Positions 40,815-50,863 of a DNA stretch of 64,000 bases are shown one piece after another. Every line of letters begins with the position of its first letter. Position 1 is the first letter of the stretch. The notes beneath the pieces were generated by a model. It worked only from the letters and a program-made list of their open reading frames with translations. It was not told the DNA's origin and did not search any database. The stretch is taken from contig JBJDXJ010000001.1 of NCBI GenBank assembly GCA_051866635.1, positions 15,765 to 79,764 of the forward strand, read 5' to 3'. The position numbers were made by a program, and so were the translations under genes. The stretch is from Clostridia bacterium. Its GTDB lineage: Bacteria > Bacillota > Clostridia > UMGS1883.

Positions 40815-42009
40815 AGCTTTCTATCTCCCTTATCGCTTTTTTTATATCTTTCAAAACCAAACCTTGCATACTGTCGGGGTATTTTGTCACATCTGCACTA
40901 CTTAGTGCAGATAAAATATCTTCTTTTAAATCCTTTTTGTGTTTTACCATCTCGGGCAAAAATGAAATACACTGCCTTGCCGTAATAGGTTTAATATCTG
41001 TAATATGCTTTAAGTATTCGTCGATTATTTCATCTATTTTAAAATCCGTATCCCATTTTGCGTTTACGCTGATAAGTTTTAATCCGCGGTTACGCACATA
41101 AGAATTACTGCTTGAAAGCATTTTTATAAATTTGTCCATATACTTATATACCGCGTCTGAATTTTGTGCTGTTTCCGAAAGACAATTCATTGCACCGCAG
41201 GCTACCGTGTTATTTTTGTCCTCTAATAAATTAACCAGACTTTCTATATCAGCTTTACGGTTTTCTTCTGTGTATTTCATCGGTATATAGCGGATATTGT
41301 TTGTAATCTGCTCCGCAGCTGTATCAACAAAGCCCAGGCGGAGGTACACCTCTGCCGCATAAGGCGCGGAATTTACTGTAAATTCCCGTATTGCATAATC
41401 ATTTTTCATATATTCAAACAGTTTTCTGCCAATGCCTTTTTTGTGGTGGTCCGCTTTTACAAAAAACAGGCTTATGTGCTGCTTTTCACGCATTGCCAGT
41501 ACGCCAACCATTTCTTTTCCTTCAAACGCTCCGTAAAACTTTAAGCTTTCCACAAAGCCGTTGTTATCAAGGGTGTTCATAAATTCCTGAACACCTTCTT
41601 TTGAATAATCTTTTGCATCAAATTCTAAAAACACACTCCGCACAAGCTCCAACGCACAGGGGATTTCTTTCCTTGAAAGCTTTTTAGCCTTAATTTCGCT
41701 TTTTCTCTTCGGCATTGGCAAACTGTCGTACATTGCTTCAAAAAGCTTTTTTAAAAACATTTTATCCTCTACGTTGTCTACAAGGAGCATTTCTTTGGCT
41801 CCCTCATAGGGCGGCTCATACCTTGCATTTTTCATCATTTTTATCGCCGCCTCCACAGGGTTTACCAAAAGGCGGTCGTCTGCGACATATGCCGCAATTT
41901 TTTCCCGGTAATAAATTATGTATTCGCCCATCATCTGCTTGTAGGTTATATTATCTGTTTCTGACAGACATTCCAATATATAATTTAAGTATTCCTTGCT
42001 TGTTGCCAA
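40807..42009 (-). CDS. TfoX-N + GNAT + HEAT-like triple fusion protein
   Basis: [11 protein letters not shown]...PYEGAK; [16 protein letters not shown]...LGF; NSYVRNRG...KPITARQC. Confidence 0.8.
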   Translation of the reverse strand: MATSKEYLNYILECLSETDNITYKQMMGEYIIYYREKIAAYVADDRLLVNPVEAAIKMMKNARYEPPYEGAKEMLLVDNVEDKMFLKKLFEAMYDSLPMPKRKSEIKAKKLSRKEIPCALELVRSVFLEFDAKDYSKEGVQEFMNTLDNNGFVESLKFYGAFEGKEMVGVLAMREKQHISLFFVKADHHKKGIGRKLFEYMKNDYAIREFTVNSAPYAAEVYLRLGFVDTAAEQITNNIRYIPMKYTEENRKADIESLVNLLEDKNNTVACGAMNCLSETAQNSDAVYKYMDKFIKMLSSSNSYVRNRGLKLISVNAKWDTDFKIDEIIDEYLKHITDIKPITARQCISFLPEMVKHKKDLKEDILSALSSADVTKYPDSMQGLVLKDIKKAIREIESCE

Positions 42010-42536
42010 ATTTCCCACTCCTCTTTTGTAAGGTGCGTTACATGCTCCTCTCTCACATCGCCCATCAATTCGCAGGGCACATTGTAATTTGTGTGATGAT
42101 ACTTAAATCCGCATTTTTCCTGTGCACGGCGTGACTTTTCGTTGCCGTCATAATAGCCGCACCATATTAAGTTGAGGTTTAATTCCTCAAAACAATATCT
42201 TATTATTTCCTGTGCCGCTTCGGGGATTAAGCCCTGACCCCAATAGGGTTTACCTATCCAATACCCTATTTCCCCTTCACCTTCTTTTGTTGGGATGTTA
42301 ACGTTAAACATAATGCCTATACTGCCCACAGGGAGCATAGTTTCTTTAAGCACAACAGCAAAGGTTCCTTCTTTACTTAATACGGTTTCTATTATTTCAC
42401 GGCTGTTTTCAACGCTTGTATGTACCTGCCAGCCTGCAATAGGTCCAACATCTGGGTCTTTTGCATATTTGTACAGCTCTTCCGCATCTGCATTTTCCCA
42501 CGGGCGAAGAATCAGTCTTTTTGTTTCAAGTGTCAT
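41985..42536 (-). CDS. RimJ/RimL-type GNAT acetyltransferase
   Basis: [38 protein letters not shown]. Confidence 0.92.
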   Translation of the reverse strand: MTLETKRLILRPWENADAEELYKYAKDPDVGPIAGWQVHTSVENSREIIETVLSKEGTFAVVLKETMLPVGSIGIMFNVNIPTKEGEGEIGYWIGKPYWGQGLIPEAAQEIIRYCFEELNLNLIWCGYYDGNEKSRRAQEKCGFKYHHTNYNVPCELMGDVREEHVTHLTKEEWEIWQQARNT

Positions 42537-42994
42537 TATTTCATACCTCTTTTTACAAATGTTAAAGGCACATCCATACGCTCTGCCACCTGCTCTATTG
42601 TCATACCGCTGTCTATAAAACGCCTTGTAACAGCTTTTATATCTTCTCCCACTTCGATAATGTGCATATCAGGATCGTAAAAGCGTACAACCCTCTGCCC
42701 CCAGCTATGCTCTTTAACTTTGTGAACATATTTTATATCAAGGCTCGACAGCTTTTTTATAAAGCTGTCAAAATCCTCCTCTTCAAAATATAGCTCAAAA
42801 TCATTGCCGCCGTAGGTTATATTATCATTTTCAATAAAGCTAATCCAGCTTTCCTTCGTTTGCATGCAAACTCCGCCTGTCAAAGTCACATTTGCACCTA
42901 AGTCTACAGTTTTATTAAGTCCAAGCACTTTTTTGTAAAAACTTACCGACCTTTCAATATCTGATACAACCAATAACGGATTTTTAAATTTCAT
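42536..42994 (-). CDS. VOC/glyoxalase family protein
   Basis: [23 protein letters not shown]. Confidence 0.92.
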   Translation of the reverse strand: MKFKNPLLVVSDIERSVSFYKKVLGLNKTVDLGANVTLTGGVCMQTKESWISFIENDNITYGGNDFELYFEEEDFDSFIKKLSSLDIKYVHKVKEHSWGQRVVRFYDPDMHIIEVGEDIKAVTRRFIDSGMTIEQVAERMDVPLTFVKRGMK

Positions 42995-43007
42995 ATTATT
43001 TCACCCT

Positions 43008-43757
43008 TTATTTTTTCAGTATTCGCTCCAATGATGCAATATCGGTTAAATTTACCGTTTCAAATTTCCCCTTATAAAATACAGCCCAGTTGTTGAAAAC
43101 GCATGGCAAAGATTTTGCTTTTTCAAGGGTGTCCACTTTTTTTAAAGATAGCGGGACACTATGTTCTTCGCAATATTTTTTTATAATTTCAACTCTGTCG
43201 TAAACATAGGGGCATTGCATATCATAATAGATTGTCAAATCTTTGTTTTTAATCTTTTCTTCTTTGGCGTTTTGAGCAAACTTTGGCACAGTTTTGTCAA
43301 AAGACAGTGCCAAAAGCTCATAGCCGTTATCGGTAGCGTCAACTGTTTCAAATCCGTACTTTTTTGCAAATGCCATATCTGAAAGCCACGCCTTCTGCTT
43401 TTTTGCCCCCAGCATACAAACGCCGGATTTGCCTTTTCCCTTAGCATCGGCAATGCAATACTCCATAAGCTCCTGTCCGTAGCCACTTCCTTTTAAATCC
43501 CCCGTAACCCACAGGCAGTATATATAGTAATAATTATTGCCCACTATGGGAACCCACGCTTTTTCAAGAGGTGCATATTCAATAAAAGCACAGCCTTTTA
43601 CATTGAGCTTTCTGAAAATATGCCCCTCCGAAAGCCTGTCCTTTAGCCATTTCCGCTTTGCCTCAACGCCTGCATGGGGCTTTTTAGTGCGGATAATACA
43701 GCACAAATGCTCTGTGTCAATATTTTCATCTGTTAAATTAATAAAATCGCTGTTCAT
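43008..43757 (-). CDS. GNAT acetyltransferase with YoaP domain
   Basis: EHLCC, FIEYAP, CLWV...KGSGYG, QCPY. Confidence 0.88.
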   Translation of the reverse strand: MNSDFINLTDENIDTEHLCCIIRTKKPHAGVEAKRKWLKDRLSEGHIFRKLNVKGCAFIEYAPLEKAWVPIVGNNYYYIYCLWVTGDLKGSGYGQELMEYCIADAKGKGKSGVCMLGAKKQKAWLSDMAFAKKYGFETVDATDNGYELLALSFDKTVPKFAQNAKEEKIKNKDLTIYYDMQCPYVYDRVEIIKKYCEEHSVPLSLKKVDTLEKAKSLPCVFNNWAVFYKGKFETVNLTDIASLERILKK

Positions 43758-43780
43758 ATTTCCACCCTCTGTTTATCAGC

Positions 43781-44266
43781 TTATATAATGACCGAACTCC
43801 TTTTTTCCATTAATACAGTATCCTGCCATTTTCCAAATCTGTCTTTTGCAATTTTTTCCCTGTAGCCAATTTCTCTGAATCCACATTTTTTGTGTATTGC
43901 AATGCTTGCTTTGTTAGTGGAAAAAATTGCGGCATATAAGCTCCAAAATCCGGCTTTTTCGCTTTCCATGCACTCATATTCTAATAGCTTTGTTCCGATT
44001 CCTTGTCCATGATACTGTTCATCAATGTATATACTGACTTCTGCTACACCTCTGTAAGCATATCTATCGGAAACCTTCGACAGAGCGACCCAACCCACAA
44101 TAGTATTATCTTCTTCATATACATATCTACATTCTGCTATATGAGAAGCATCCCATTCTTCAAAAGACGGACATACAGCATTAAATGTAGCTGTACCGCA
44201 CTCTATCCCCTGTTTATATATTTCTTTAACTCTGTCATGGTCACTGTTCGTCATTTTTCTAATCAT
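43781..44266 (-). CDS. Phosphinothricin acetyltransferase-like GNAT
   Basis: ATF, AEVSIYI, GQGIGTKL, WQDTVLMEKR. Confidence 0.88.
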   Translation of the reverse strand: MIRKMTNSDHDRVKEIYKQGIECGTATFNAVCPSFEEWDASHIAECRYVYEEDNTIVGWVALSKVSDRYAYRGVAEVSIYIDEQYHGQGIGTKLLEYECMESEKAGFWSLYAAIFSTNKASIAIHKKCGFREIGYREKIAKDRFGKWQDTVLMEKRSSVII

Positions 44267-44306
44267 TTTTCCGTCCACTTCAATTGTCTTTGTTATTAAT
44301 ACAACC

Positions 44307-45062
44307 TTACAGCCCTTTTTCGTCAAGGATTTTTTCAAATTTCTTTTCCGAAAGTATTTCGTGAGTTATGAACTCGCCGTTATAAAACAAGCTGAACGCC
44401 GTAAATGGAATGGGGGCGTTCTGTGCCTGTTCACGTGTAGTTATATGAACTGTATTAAATTTAACGCCCCGCTTCTCGGCTATACCTTGAAGAATTGGCA
44501 CATATTTTGCCGTAAAAGGGCATTGATTTGTAAAATATACCGTAAATCCTTCTTCAATTTCTTTTGTTTCTTGTACCGAAGGTTTAAACACAGGTTTTTG
44601 GGCATTTTTATCAAAAGGCAGATACATTAATTCAAAATAATCTCTCGCTCTGTCGCAGGTTTCAAAGCCCTTGTATTTCATATATTTAGGGTCGGAAAGA
44701 AATCCCATTTTCTTTTTGGAGGATAAAACAACAAGCCCTTTTTTATTTTTGCTTTTACTGTCTTTAATACATTCCTCCAAAAGCAGATTTGAATACCCGT
44801 GTCCTTTAAACTGCCCCGATACCCAAAGACAGTCTATATACATATAGCCCTCAGCCTCCACAGGTGCCCATGCGTATTCGGCAGGAATATATTCAATAAA
44901 GCATTTGCCCCGTACATTACCTTTGAGAAAAACGAGCCCCTCGTCAAGTCTGTCTTTAAGCCACGCCTTTTTACTCATTACCTGGCAGTCTTTGTTGTTG
45001 GAAATTGCACAGCAAATATGCTCATTTTCGATGTTTTCGTGTGTTATTTTTATAAATTCCAA
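44307..45062 (-). CDS. GNAT acetyltransferase with YoaP domain (paralog)
   Basis: EHICC, FIEYIP, CLWVSGQFKGHGY, QCPF. Confidence 0.88.
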   Translation of the reverse strand: MEFIKITHENIENEHICCAISNNKDCQVMSKKAWLKDRLDEGLVFLKGNVRGKCFIEYIPAEYAWAPVEAEGYMYIDCLWVSGQFKGHGYSNLLLEECIKDSKSKNKKGLVVLSSKKKMGFLSDPKYMKYKGFETCDRARDYFELMYLPFDKNAQKPVFKPSVQETKEIEEGFTVYFTNQCPFTAKYVPILQGIAEKRGVKFNTVHITTREQAQNAPIPFTAFSLFYNGEFITHEILSEKKFEKILDEKGL

Positions 45063-45087
45063 AATATTTTCCCCCTTTGTATATAAG

Positions 45088-45711
45088 CTAATTACATTTT
45101 TTCATATGGGCTCTTGTCAGTCCGTTTTTCTTTCCCTCAAGGGTAAAGCTAAGGTTACCCATAGATTTATACATAAATCTCGGAAAAGAGGGTTTAACAA
45201 AAATTGTATCGCCGCTCCTGTTTTTTTGTATATCTTCAGATAGTTTTTCAAGCGACTCTCCAACCTTTGCCATAGGACCTTTCCCTATGGGTGCCGCCTG
45301 TGTCATGCCGCCTGCACCTACAGCCAAGGCTCTGCCCTTTTTAAGGGAGCATTTTTCGCACCATTTCCAAACAATTTTTATTGCAATGCTGTTTTGAAAA
45401 TCATCATAGAAACCGTTATTTACAATTACATAAATGCGGCTTTCGGAAGCAGTTTCTTTTATAAGCTGTTCCATTCTTCTTAAAAACAAAAGAAAATGTG
45501 CCGGGAGACTGTCGGCATATAAAGGGAAGGAAAAAACAATGCTGTCGCCCTTTTCTACAGCTCTTAAAAAAGCGTTTTCCGCACTTTCAGGGAAGTTTAT
45601 CGCATTGTAGATTTCACATACGCCTCCCAGCTTTTCATTTAAGGCTTCCAGCAAATATGTAGAGTTGCCGCCCTTACCGTGGGGGCTTCCGCAAATCATT
45701 ATTGTGCTCAT
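45088..45711 (-). CDS. Flavodoxin-like protein
   Basis: CGSP...NS, FPLYADSLP, NNGFY. Confidence 0.8.
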   Translation of the reverse strand: MSTIMICGSPHGKGGNSTYLLEALNEKLGGVCEIYNAINFPESAENAFLRAVEKGDSIVFSFPLYADSLPAHFLLFLRRMEQLIKETASESRIYVIVNNGFYDDFQNSIAIKIVWKWCEKCSLKKGRALAVGAGGMTQAAPIGKGPMAKVGESLEKLSEDIQKNRSGDTIFVKPSFPRFMYKSMGNLSFTLEGKKNGLTRAHMKKCN

Positions 45712-46199
45712 AAAACTTCACTCCTCAATTGGTCAAGCTCATCGAAAAATTTTACCTCATAGCTTTTCGCACCGAAATTTAAACTGTTAGCTTTTACAAG
45801 GTTTTCGGCAATCTGCTTTTCCTCCTCGTCACAAATCCCGTAAAAACAAGCTGTCAGCTTAAATGGGTTGCTGTAACGCATTTTATGGTGCATTTCGCCC
45901 TTTAAAATGCGAAAATACGGTAAAACATAAGGTATCGAACGGTCGATTACCGCTTTTATATTTTCCGAATATCCACCGTATAATATGGGGCTTATTAAAA
46001 CCATCTCATCGCACATAGCTATTTCAGATGGTATATGACTGCATCTGTCGTTTATCACGCATTTGCCGGGAGTTTTTACCCAGCAGTTAAAACAGCCCTT
46101 GCAAGGCTCTGCAATCGGGTTTGCCGAAAAAAGAATATCACCTGTTCTGCCGGGGTATGAAAAGTTTTTTATGTCATAAATTATTAACCGTCTGCCCAT
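45708..46199 (-). CDS. Iron-sulfur flavoprotein-like protein
   Basis: CKGCFNCWVKTPGKC, SPILYGGYS...KAVIDR. Confidence 0.85.
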   Translation of the reverse strand: MGRRLIIYDIKNFSYPGRTGDILFSANPIAEPCKGCFNCWVKTPGKCVINDRCSHIPSEIAMCDEMVLISPILYGGYSENIKAVIDRSIPYVLPYFRILKGEMHHKMRYSNPFKLTACFYGICDEEEKQIAENLVKANSLNFGAKSYEVKFFDELDQLRSEVL

Positions 46200-46280
46200 T
46201 TTAATCCACTCTCCTGATTATTTTCGTTTTCCGTACATTTCCGGAATCAACCCAATCCCCGAAACAGAGGAAAGAATTAT

Positions 46281-47111
46281 CTAGGCCGTAAAAGTGCCCT
46301 CTAAATCAGAAATAAAAGTAATATTTAATTCTCCCACTCCGCCGTCAATTTCGATGCGGTTACTGCCACTGCCGTAAACGGAGTCGTCTTGCATTTTTGT
46401 TCCTTCAAGCCGTGCTTCACCTACACCGCCGTCATACTCAATCTTATAATCGTTCCGTTCTCCTATAAGCACAAGATTTGTTTCTCCAATGCCGTAATCA
46501 AGATCGCAATTTCCTGTAAGGCGGCTTGTTAAATTAAGCTCTCCTACGCCCATTTCAATATTGAGATTATTAATCTTTCCGCTTGAAATTGTGATACTGC
46601 CTGCACCGCCGTCAATATCAGCTTTTGTATATGCTTCTATTCTCCGTGCAGTCATTTCCCCTGCACCCAAATCAAAGTCAAGGGTATTGGCATTAAGAGT
46701 GTCAATATCAACCCTGCCTGCACCGGTGTTTATATATACGTATTCAAAATCCTTTCCTTCAGGCACATAGACAGTAAGCTCTACTCCCTTTGGAAAAACA
46801 GCGAAAAACTTTTTTGTTTCCTCTATTTCCAGTACATTGTCATTTGTGTTGTAATTAATATACTTATGGTTTGTTTCAAGCTTAAACTTATCACCGGATT
46901 TAATATGAAAGTCAATAGCTGACAAATCAACCTTTAAAATGTCAATATTATCTTCTATATAGTATTCCTGCATTTCTCCTGCCACGTCCCTTCCGCCAAA
47001 GAAGAAGGAAAAAGAAAACAAAGCCCCACATATTCCGCCTATAATATTAACACATAAAAATATAGCAAACGCCAAAGCTAAGTATTTAATAATTTTTTGC
47101 ATTGTTGTCAT
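46281..47111 (-). CDS. DUF4097 beta-strand repeat membrane-anchored protein
   Basis: N-terminal TM; repeated GAG/GVG beta-helix units. Confidence 0.85.
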   Translation of the reverse strand: MTTMQKIIKYLALAFAIFLCVNIIGGICGALFSFSFFFGGRDVAGEMQEYYIEDNIDILKVDLSAIDFHIKSGDKFKLETNHKYINYNTNDNVLEIEETKKFFAVFPKGVELTVYVPEGKDFEYVYINTGAGRVDIDTLNANTLDFDLGAGEMTARRIEAYTKADIDGGAGSITISSGKINNLNIEMGVGELNLTSRLTGNCDLDYGIGETNLVLIGERNDYKIEYDGGVGEARLEGTKMQDDSVYGSGSNRIEIDGGVGELNITFISDLEGTFTA

Positions 47112-47791
47112 TTAACATCCACCCCTCCGAAAATAGATGTGCTGTTCAAGTATACAGTGTAGCAGTTGCCTTTAAAATTCTGATGCTTTTTGTCGTCAAC
47201 ACCGCCGAAAAGTGAAGTTGCATTTACCTTTAAATTTACGTTTTCGGGAAGGAGGATATCAACACCGCCAAAGATTGCACAAGTGTTTATAACAACATCG
47301 CTTTCAAAAACAGTGTTTCTTAAATCGCACTTTATTCCGCCAAATACAGCCGTAAGCTCACAGCCTGTGAAAACTTCATCGTCAAAATTTATATTCTGTC
47401 CTGTAAATGCCGCAAAAGCTGTTTTCATTGTTTCCCCGTTTTCTTTAAACTTTTTCATTATTTCCGCACTTCTGTTTCCGAAAATGCCTTTAAAAATCAT
47501 CTTAATGCCTATATATGCAATTATTACAGGCAAGCAAAGCTTCCAGAGCATATCAAAATTAAGTACATTCTGGCACGCAAGGAGCAAAAACACGCCTATT
47601 AAAAGCCCGATTATACTGCCGGTTCTGTCCTGGTTATTAAACAAACTTACAAACGAGGGTACAATAATGAACAGTGTCCACCAACCGTCAAAAAATATGT
47701 CGATATTTGTAATATTAAGTGCATTGAGTATAAGCACCGCACTTACCAAAATTAAAATAATACCCCATAAAATACTGCTTATTCTTTTCAT
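47108..47791 (-). CDS. LiaF-like membrane protein
   Basis: 4 TM plus C-terminal AVFGG/AIFGG/SLFGG/SIFGG repeats. Confidence 0.85.
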   Translation of the reverse strand: MKRISSILWGIILILVSAVLILNALNITNIDIFFDGWWTLFIIVPSFVSLFNNQDRTGSIIGLLIGVFLLLACQNVLNFDMLWKLCLPVIIAYIGIKMIFKGIFGNRSAEIMKKFKENGETMKTAFAAFTGQNINFDDEVFTGCELTAVFGGIKCDLRNTVFESDVVINTCAIFGGVDILLPENVNLKVNATSLFGGVDDKKHQNFKGNCYTVYLNSTSIFGGVDVK

Positions 47792-47894
47792 AACTATTAC
47801 CTCCAAATCAATTTTTCCTTTTACAAAAACTTTTTTCTACACATTCATGGCATTTATTATAATCAACGCCAAGCCACCGTCAACAGGCAGAAAT

Positions 47895-48563
47895 TCACAC
47901 CTTCCTACTTTTCAGATAGGGAATTTCCTCTACCCTTGCACCGCAAAACTGCCCGTCGGAATTTTTTTCGGGCTTTGCGGTAATATGTTCAATGTTTGTT
48001 GATTCAATAGCCATCACCATGCCCGCAAATGCCTGACCTAATTTTTCGGATATTTCCTCCTCGGTAAAATTACATACCTTCATTGCACACAAAACACCCA
48101 TACCGAAGGTATGCACCCACATCTGTTCAAACAAGGTTTCCGCTTGACTGTCCGTCATTTTATAATCTTTTTTTATAAGCTCTATGCAAACAGGTGCCAT
48201 TTCACCCAAATCGCCTATGGCATCTACAAAGCTCCTGCCCTCTTTCCTCTCCTGCATAAACAAAAGCTTATACAGCTCGGGCTCATTTACAGCATACGAC
48301 ACCATCAGCATACCTATACGCTTAAAGGCAGGCGTATATTCTCTGTAATCTCCGGCATAAACTTCAAACTCATGCATGGCAATCTCACGTGCAGCCCATT
48401 TTACCTCATCCATATTGTTAAAAACTGTAAATATAGGTCTTGCGGATGCACCCAGCCTTGCTCCCAAATTTCTGGCAGTTAAATTGTCAAGTCCCTCCTC
48501 CTTTATAATGTCAAGTGCCTCTTTTGCAACTTCTTCCTTTGTAAACTTCGGTTTTGGCGGCAT
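47895..48563 (-). CDS. TetR/AcrR family regulator
   Basis: MPPKPKFTKEE...LTARNLG..LGASARPIF. Confidence 0.9.
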   Translation of the reverse strand: MPPKPKFTKEEVAKEALDIIKEEGLDNLTARNLGARLGASARPIFTVFNNMDEVKWAAREIAMHEFEVYAGDYREYTPAFKRIGMLMVSYAVNEPELYKLLFMQERKEGRSFVDAIGDLGEMAPVCIELIKKDYKMTDSQAETLFEQMWVHTFGMGVLCAMKVCNFTEEEISEKLGQAFAGMVMAIESTNIEHITAKPEKNSDGQFCGARVEEIPYLKSRKV

Positions 48564-48681
48564 ATTTATCACCCTTTACTATTTAAAACTTCGTTTTGCA
48601 ACGCTGTTCTGTAACTATGTTTTAGTATAGCACTTGTTTTTTATATTGTCAATAGATTATTTGCAAAAGGTCTGTATAGCG

Positions 48682-48742
48682 AAACAGGCTGTCAATGTGA
48701 TATGCACATTAAAATACTGTGCGTCACATTGACAGCCTGTTT
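48682..48742. repeat. 19-bp perfect inverted repeat (long hairpin)
   Basis: AAACAGGCTGTCAATGTGA ... TCACATTGACAGCCTGTTT with inner GCACA/TGTGC. Confidence 0.85.
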
Positions 48743-48751
48743 ATATTTGTT

Positions 48752-49543
48752 TCAGGCAAAGAAAAATCCGGCAGTCATATCCAAATAGTTTTCTCCGCTG
48801 TAATTGGGGTACTCGTTTTGTACCCGAGCTTTAAATTCAGCCTGTGTCTCACAATCTGCTGCAATTTTTTTCAGATTTTCAATATACGCAATCTTTGTTT
48901 CTGCGTCCTTCAAATCCTCAGGTGTGTAGTGTGAGGTCAAAATAAGGTCGTAGCCCTTATTGATATAATCCTTAAGACATGAAATAATTGCGTCCGCATG
49001 ACCTTCGCCTGCAACAATGGAGTGGCAGTCGTGACCGAGCATATGGGTATATACCGCGTTAATTTCGGGGATTTCAATGTCAAAGGCTTCTGCTGTTTGT
49101 TTAATAATGAAATCTATACCGCCGATTGTGATTTTTCCTTCACCTATTACATTTGTAATCTTGTGAACAGAGCTGTCAAATATTTCTCCGAATACTCCCG
49201 TAAATTTATTAATCAATGCTTTACCGCCGCCGTTTGCGGAATAATCCACTGCGTTTTGTGTGGCGTACTTATTTACTTCTGGCATAAAGCTTCCGCCTGC
49301 TCCATGATAGGCAATCAATATGCCACAAACCTCAACATCTTCAAGGTACGTTTCAAGTTCCTTGTTGTTGTCAAAAAAGCAGGGTGATTCAATAATAACT
49401 GCTTTACCGCTTTTTTCAACAATAAATACCTCGTCGTCAATAAAATCATTTGTTTTGTAAGCGTGAAGCTTAATTGTGCCAAAGTCATAAATATTCATTT
49501 CGCCCTTTGCAAGTTTAAGCGTTGTAAATGTGTTTTTGTTCAT
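48752..49543 (-). CDS. Metallo-beta-lactamase-fold-like hypothetical protein
   Basis: YHGAG, HDCH, LTSHY motifs; RBS GGAGG. Confidence 0.65.
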   Translation of the reverse strand: MNKNTFTTLKLAKGEMNIYDFGTIKLHAYKTNDFIDDEVFIVEKSGKAVIIESPCFFDNNKELETYLEDVEVCGILIAYHGAGGSFMPEVNKYATQNAVDYSANGGGKALINKFTGVFGEIFDSSVHKITNVIGEGKITIGGIDFIIKQTAEAFDIEIPEINAVYTHMLGHDCHSIVAGEGHADAIISCLKDYINKGYDLILTSHYTPEDLKDAETKIAYIENLKKIAADCETQAEFKARVQNEYPNYSGENYLDMTAGFFFA

Positions 49544-49750
49544 AAAAAATCCTCCGTATAATATGTATCTGACTTCGGAGCGGCCGCTGTCCTCAGTTCT
49601 TGACATCATTATACAAAGGTGTTCCAATCTTGTAAAGTACGCACAATTTTGTGGTGTAGTTACCCAATGGAAACTATTGACTACATATTAGTAAGTATGG
49701 TAAAATTAGCATGCAAGTTACTATTTGAAACTATTGGGAGGTATTTTGTT

Positions 49751-50086
49751 ATGATATATCAAAAATCAGCGAAGGAGCTGCCGGCTTGCCCTGTTGAAAC
49801 CACATTAACATTAATCGGCGATAAATGGAAGGTTTTAATATTAAGAGACCTATTGCCGGGAACAAAACGTTTCGGAGAGCTTAAAAAGTCTATCGGCAGC
49901 GTGTCGCAAAAGGTGCTGACCGCACAGCTACGCGATATGGAAGAAAGCGGTCTGCTAAGCCGCAAGGTATATGCCGAAGTACCGCCCAGGGTTGAATATT
50001 CCCTTACAGAATTGGGACAAAGCCTAAAGCCCATTCTTGATGCTATGGGTAGTTGGGGGAAAGAGTATAAAGAGTTGCTAAAATAA
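49751..50086 (+). CDS. HxlR family winged-helix regulator
   Basis: CPVETTL.LIGDKWK...YAEVPPRVEYSLT; RBS GGGAGG. Confidence 0.95.
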   Translation: MIYQKSAKELPACPVETTLTLIGDKWKVLILRDLLPGTKRFGELKKSIGSVSQKVLTAQLRDMEESGLLSRKVYAEVPPRVEYSLTELGQSLKPILDAMGSWGKEYKELLK

Positions 50087-50114
50087 TAAAAGCGTGCCGC
50101 AAAGCACGCTTTTA
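50087..50114. terminator. Bidirectional terminator
   Basis: AAAAGCGTGC-CGCAAA-GCACGCTTTT. Confidence 0.8.
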
Positions 50115-50516
50115 TTATTTTTCAATTTCATATTTCCAATCGTTAATTCCGCCGAATTCTTTAACACGGGTATAGCCTAAGCGTGCTAAAGTTTCTGCGG
50201 CAATTTTACTTCTTCTGCCGCTTCGGCAATAAACGAGAATAAGCTCGTTCTTATGGGGCAGTTTTTCTTCAGCCATATTCTCAATTTGTGTATAGGGGAT
50301 TAGAACTGCACCGTTAATGTGTCCGCTGTCATACTCCTCCTGCTCCCGCACATCAAGAACAATATAGTTTTCCTCGCTGTCCATTATCGCCTTTGCCTCT
50401 TCGGCTGTTATATTCTCGTACATGACCTGTGCCTCCTCCATATTCTTATTGTTAGCTGTACAGGCAGTTAATATAACCAAGAGAACAATCAAGGCAATTG
50501 GTTTAATTATTTTCAT
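50115..50516 (-). CDS. Rhodanese-like lipoprotein
   Basis: Lipobox LTAC, LDVRE..EY..GHI, YCRSGRRS. Confidence 0.92.
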   Translation of the reverse strand: MKIIKPIALIVLLVILTACTANNKNMEEAQVMYENITAEEAKAIMDSEENYIVLDVREQEEYDSGHINGAVLIPYTQIENMAEEKLPHKNELILVYCRSGRRSKIAAETLARLGYTRVKEFGGINDWKYEIEK

Positions 50517-50863
50517 ATTTTATCACACCACTCATTTTCCTTAAAGCCAACCAACACAAAATCATCCCCCTCTAAAATGGGGCGTTTGACAAGCATACCG
50601 TCAGTTGCAAGAAGACTGAGCTGTTCTTCTTCACTCATAAGAGGAATTTTGTTTTTTAAATCCATGGACTTGTACAAAATTCCGCTTGTGTTAAAGAACT
50701 TTTTAAGGGGAAGGCTACTTTTTTCGTACCATACCTTTAATTCTTCATATGTGGGATTATTCTCTTTTATATGGCGGACTTCATATTCCGCACTATGGTC
50801 ATCAAGCCATTTTTGTGCCTTCTGACAGGTTGTACATTTTGGGTAACAAATAAATTTCAGCAT
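50513..50863 (-). CDS. ArsC/Spx family protein
   Basis: CTTCQKA, FFNTSG, MLVKRP. Confidence 0.92.
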   Translation of the reverse strand: MLKFICYPKCTTCQKAQKWLDDHSAEYEVRHIKENNPTYEELKVWYEKSSLPLKKFFNTSGILYKSMDLKNKIPLMSEEEQLSLLATDGMLVKRPILEGDDFVLVGFKENEWCDKI

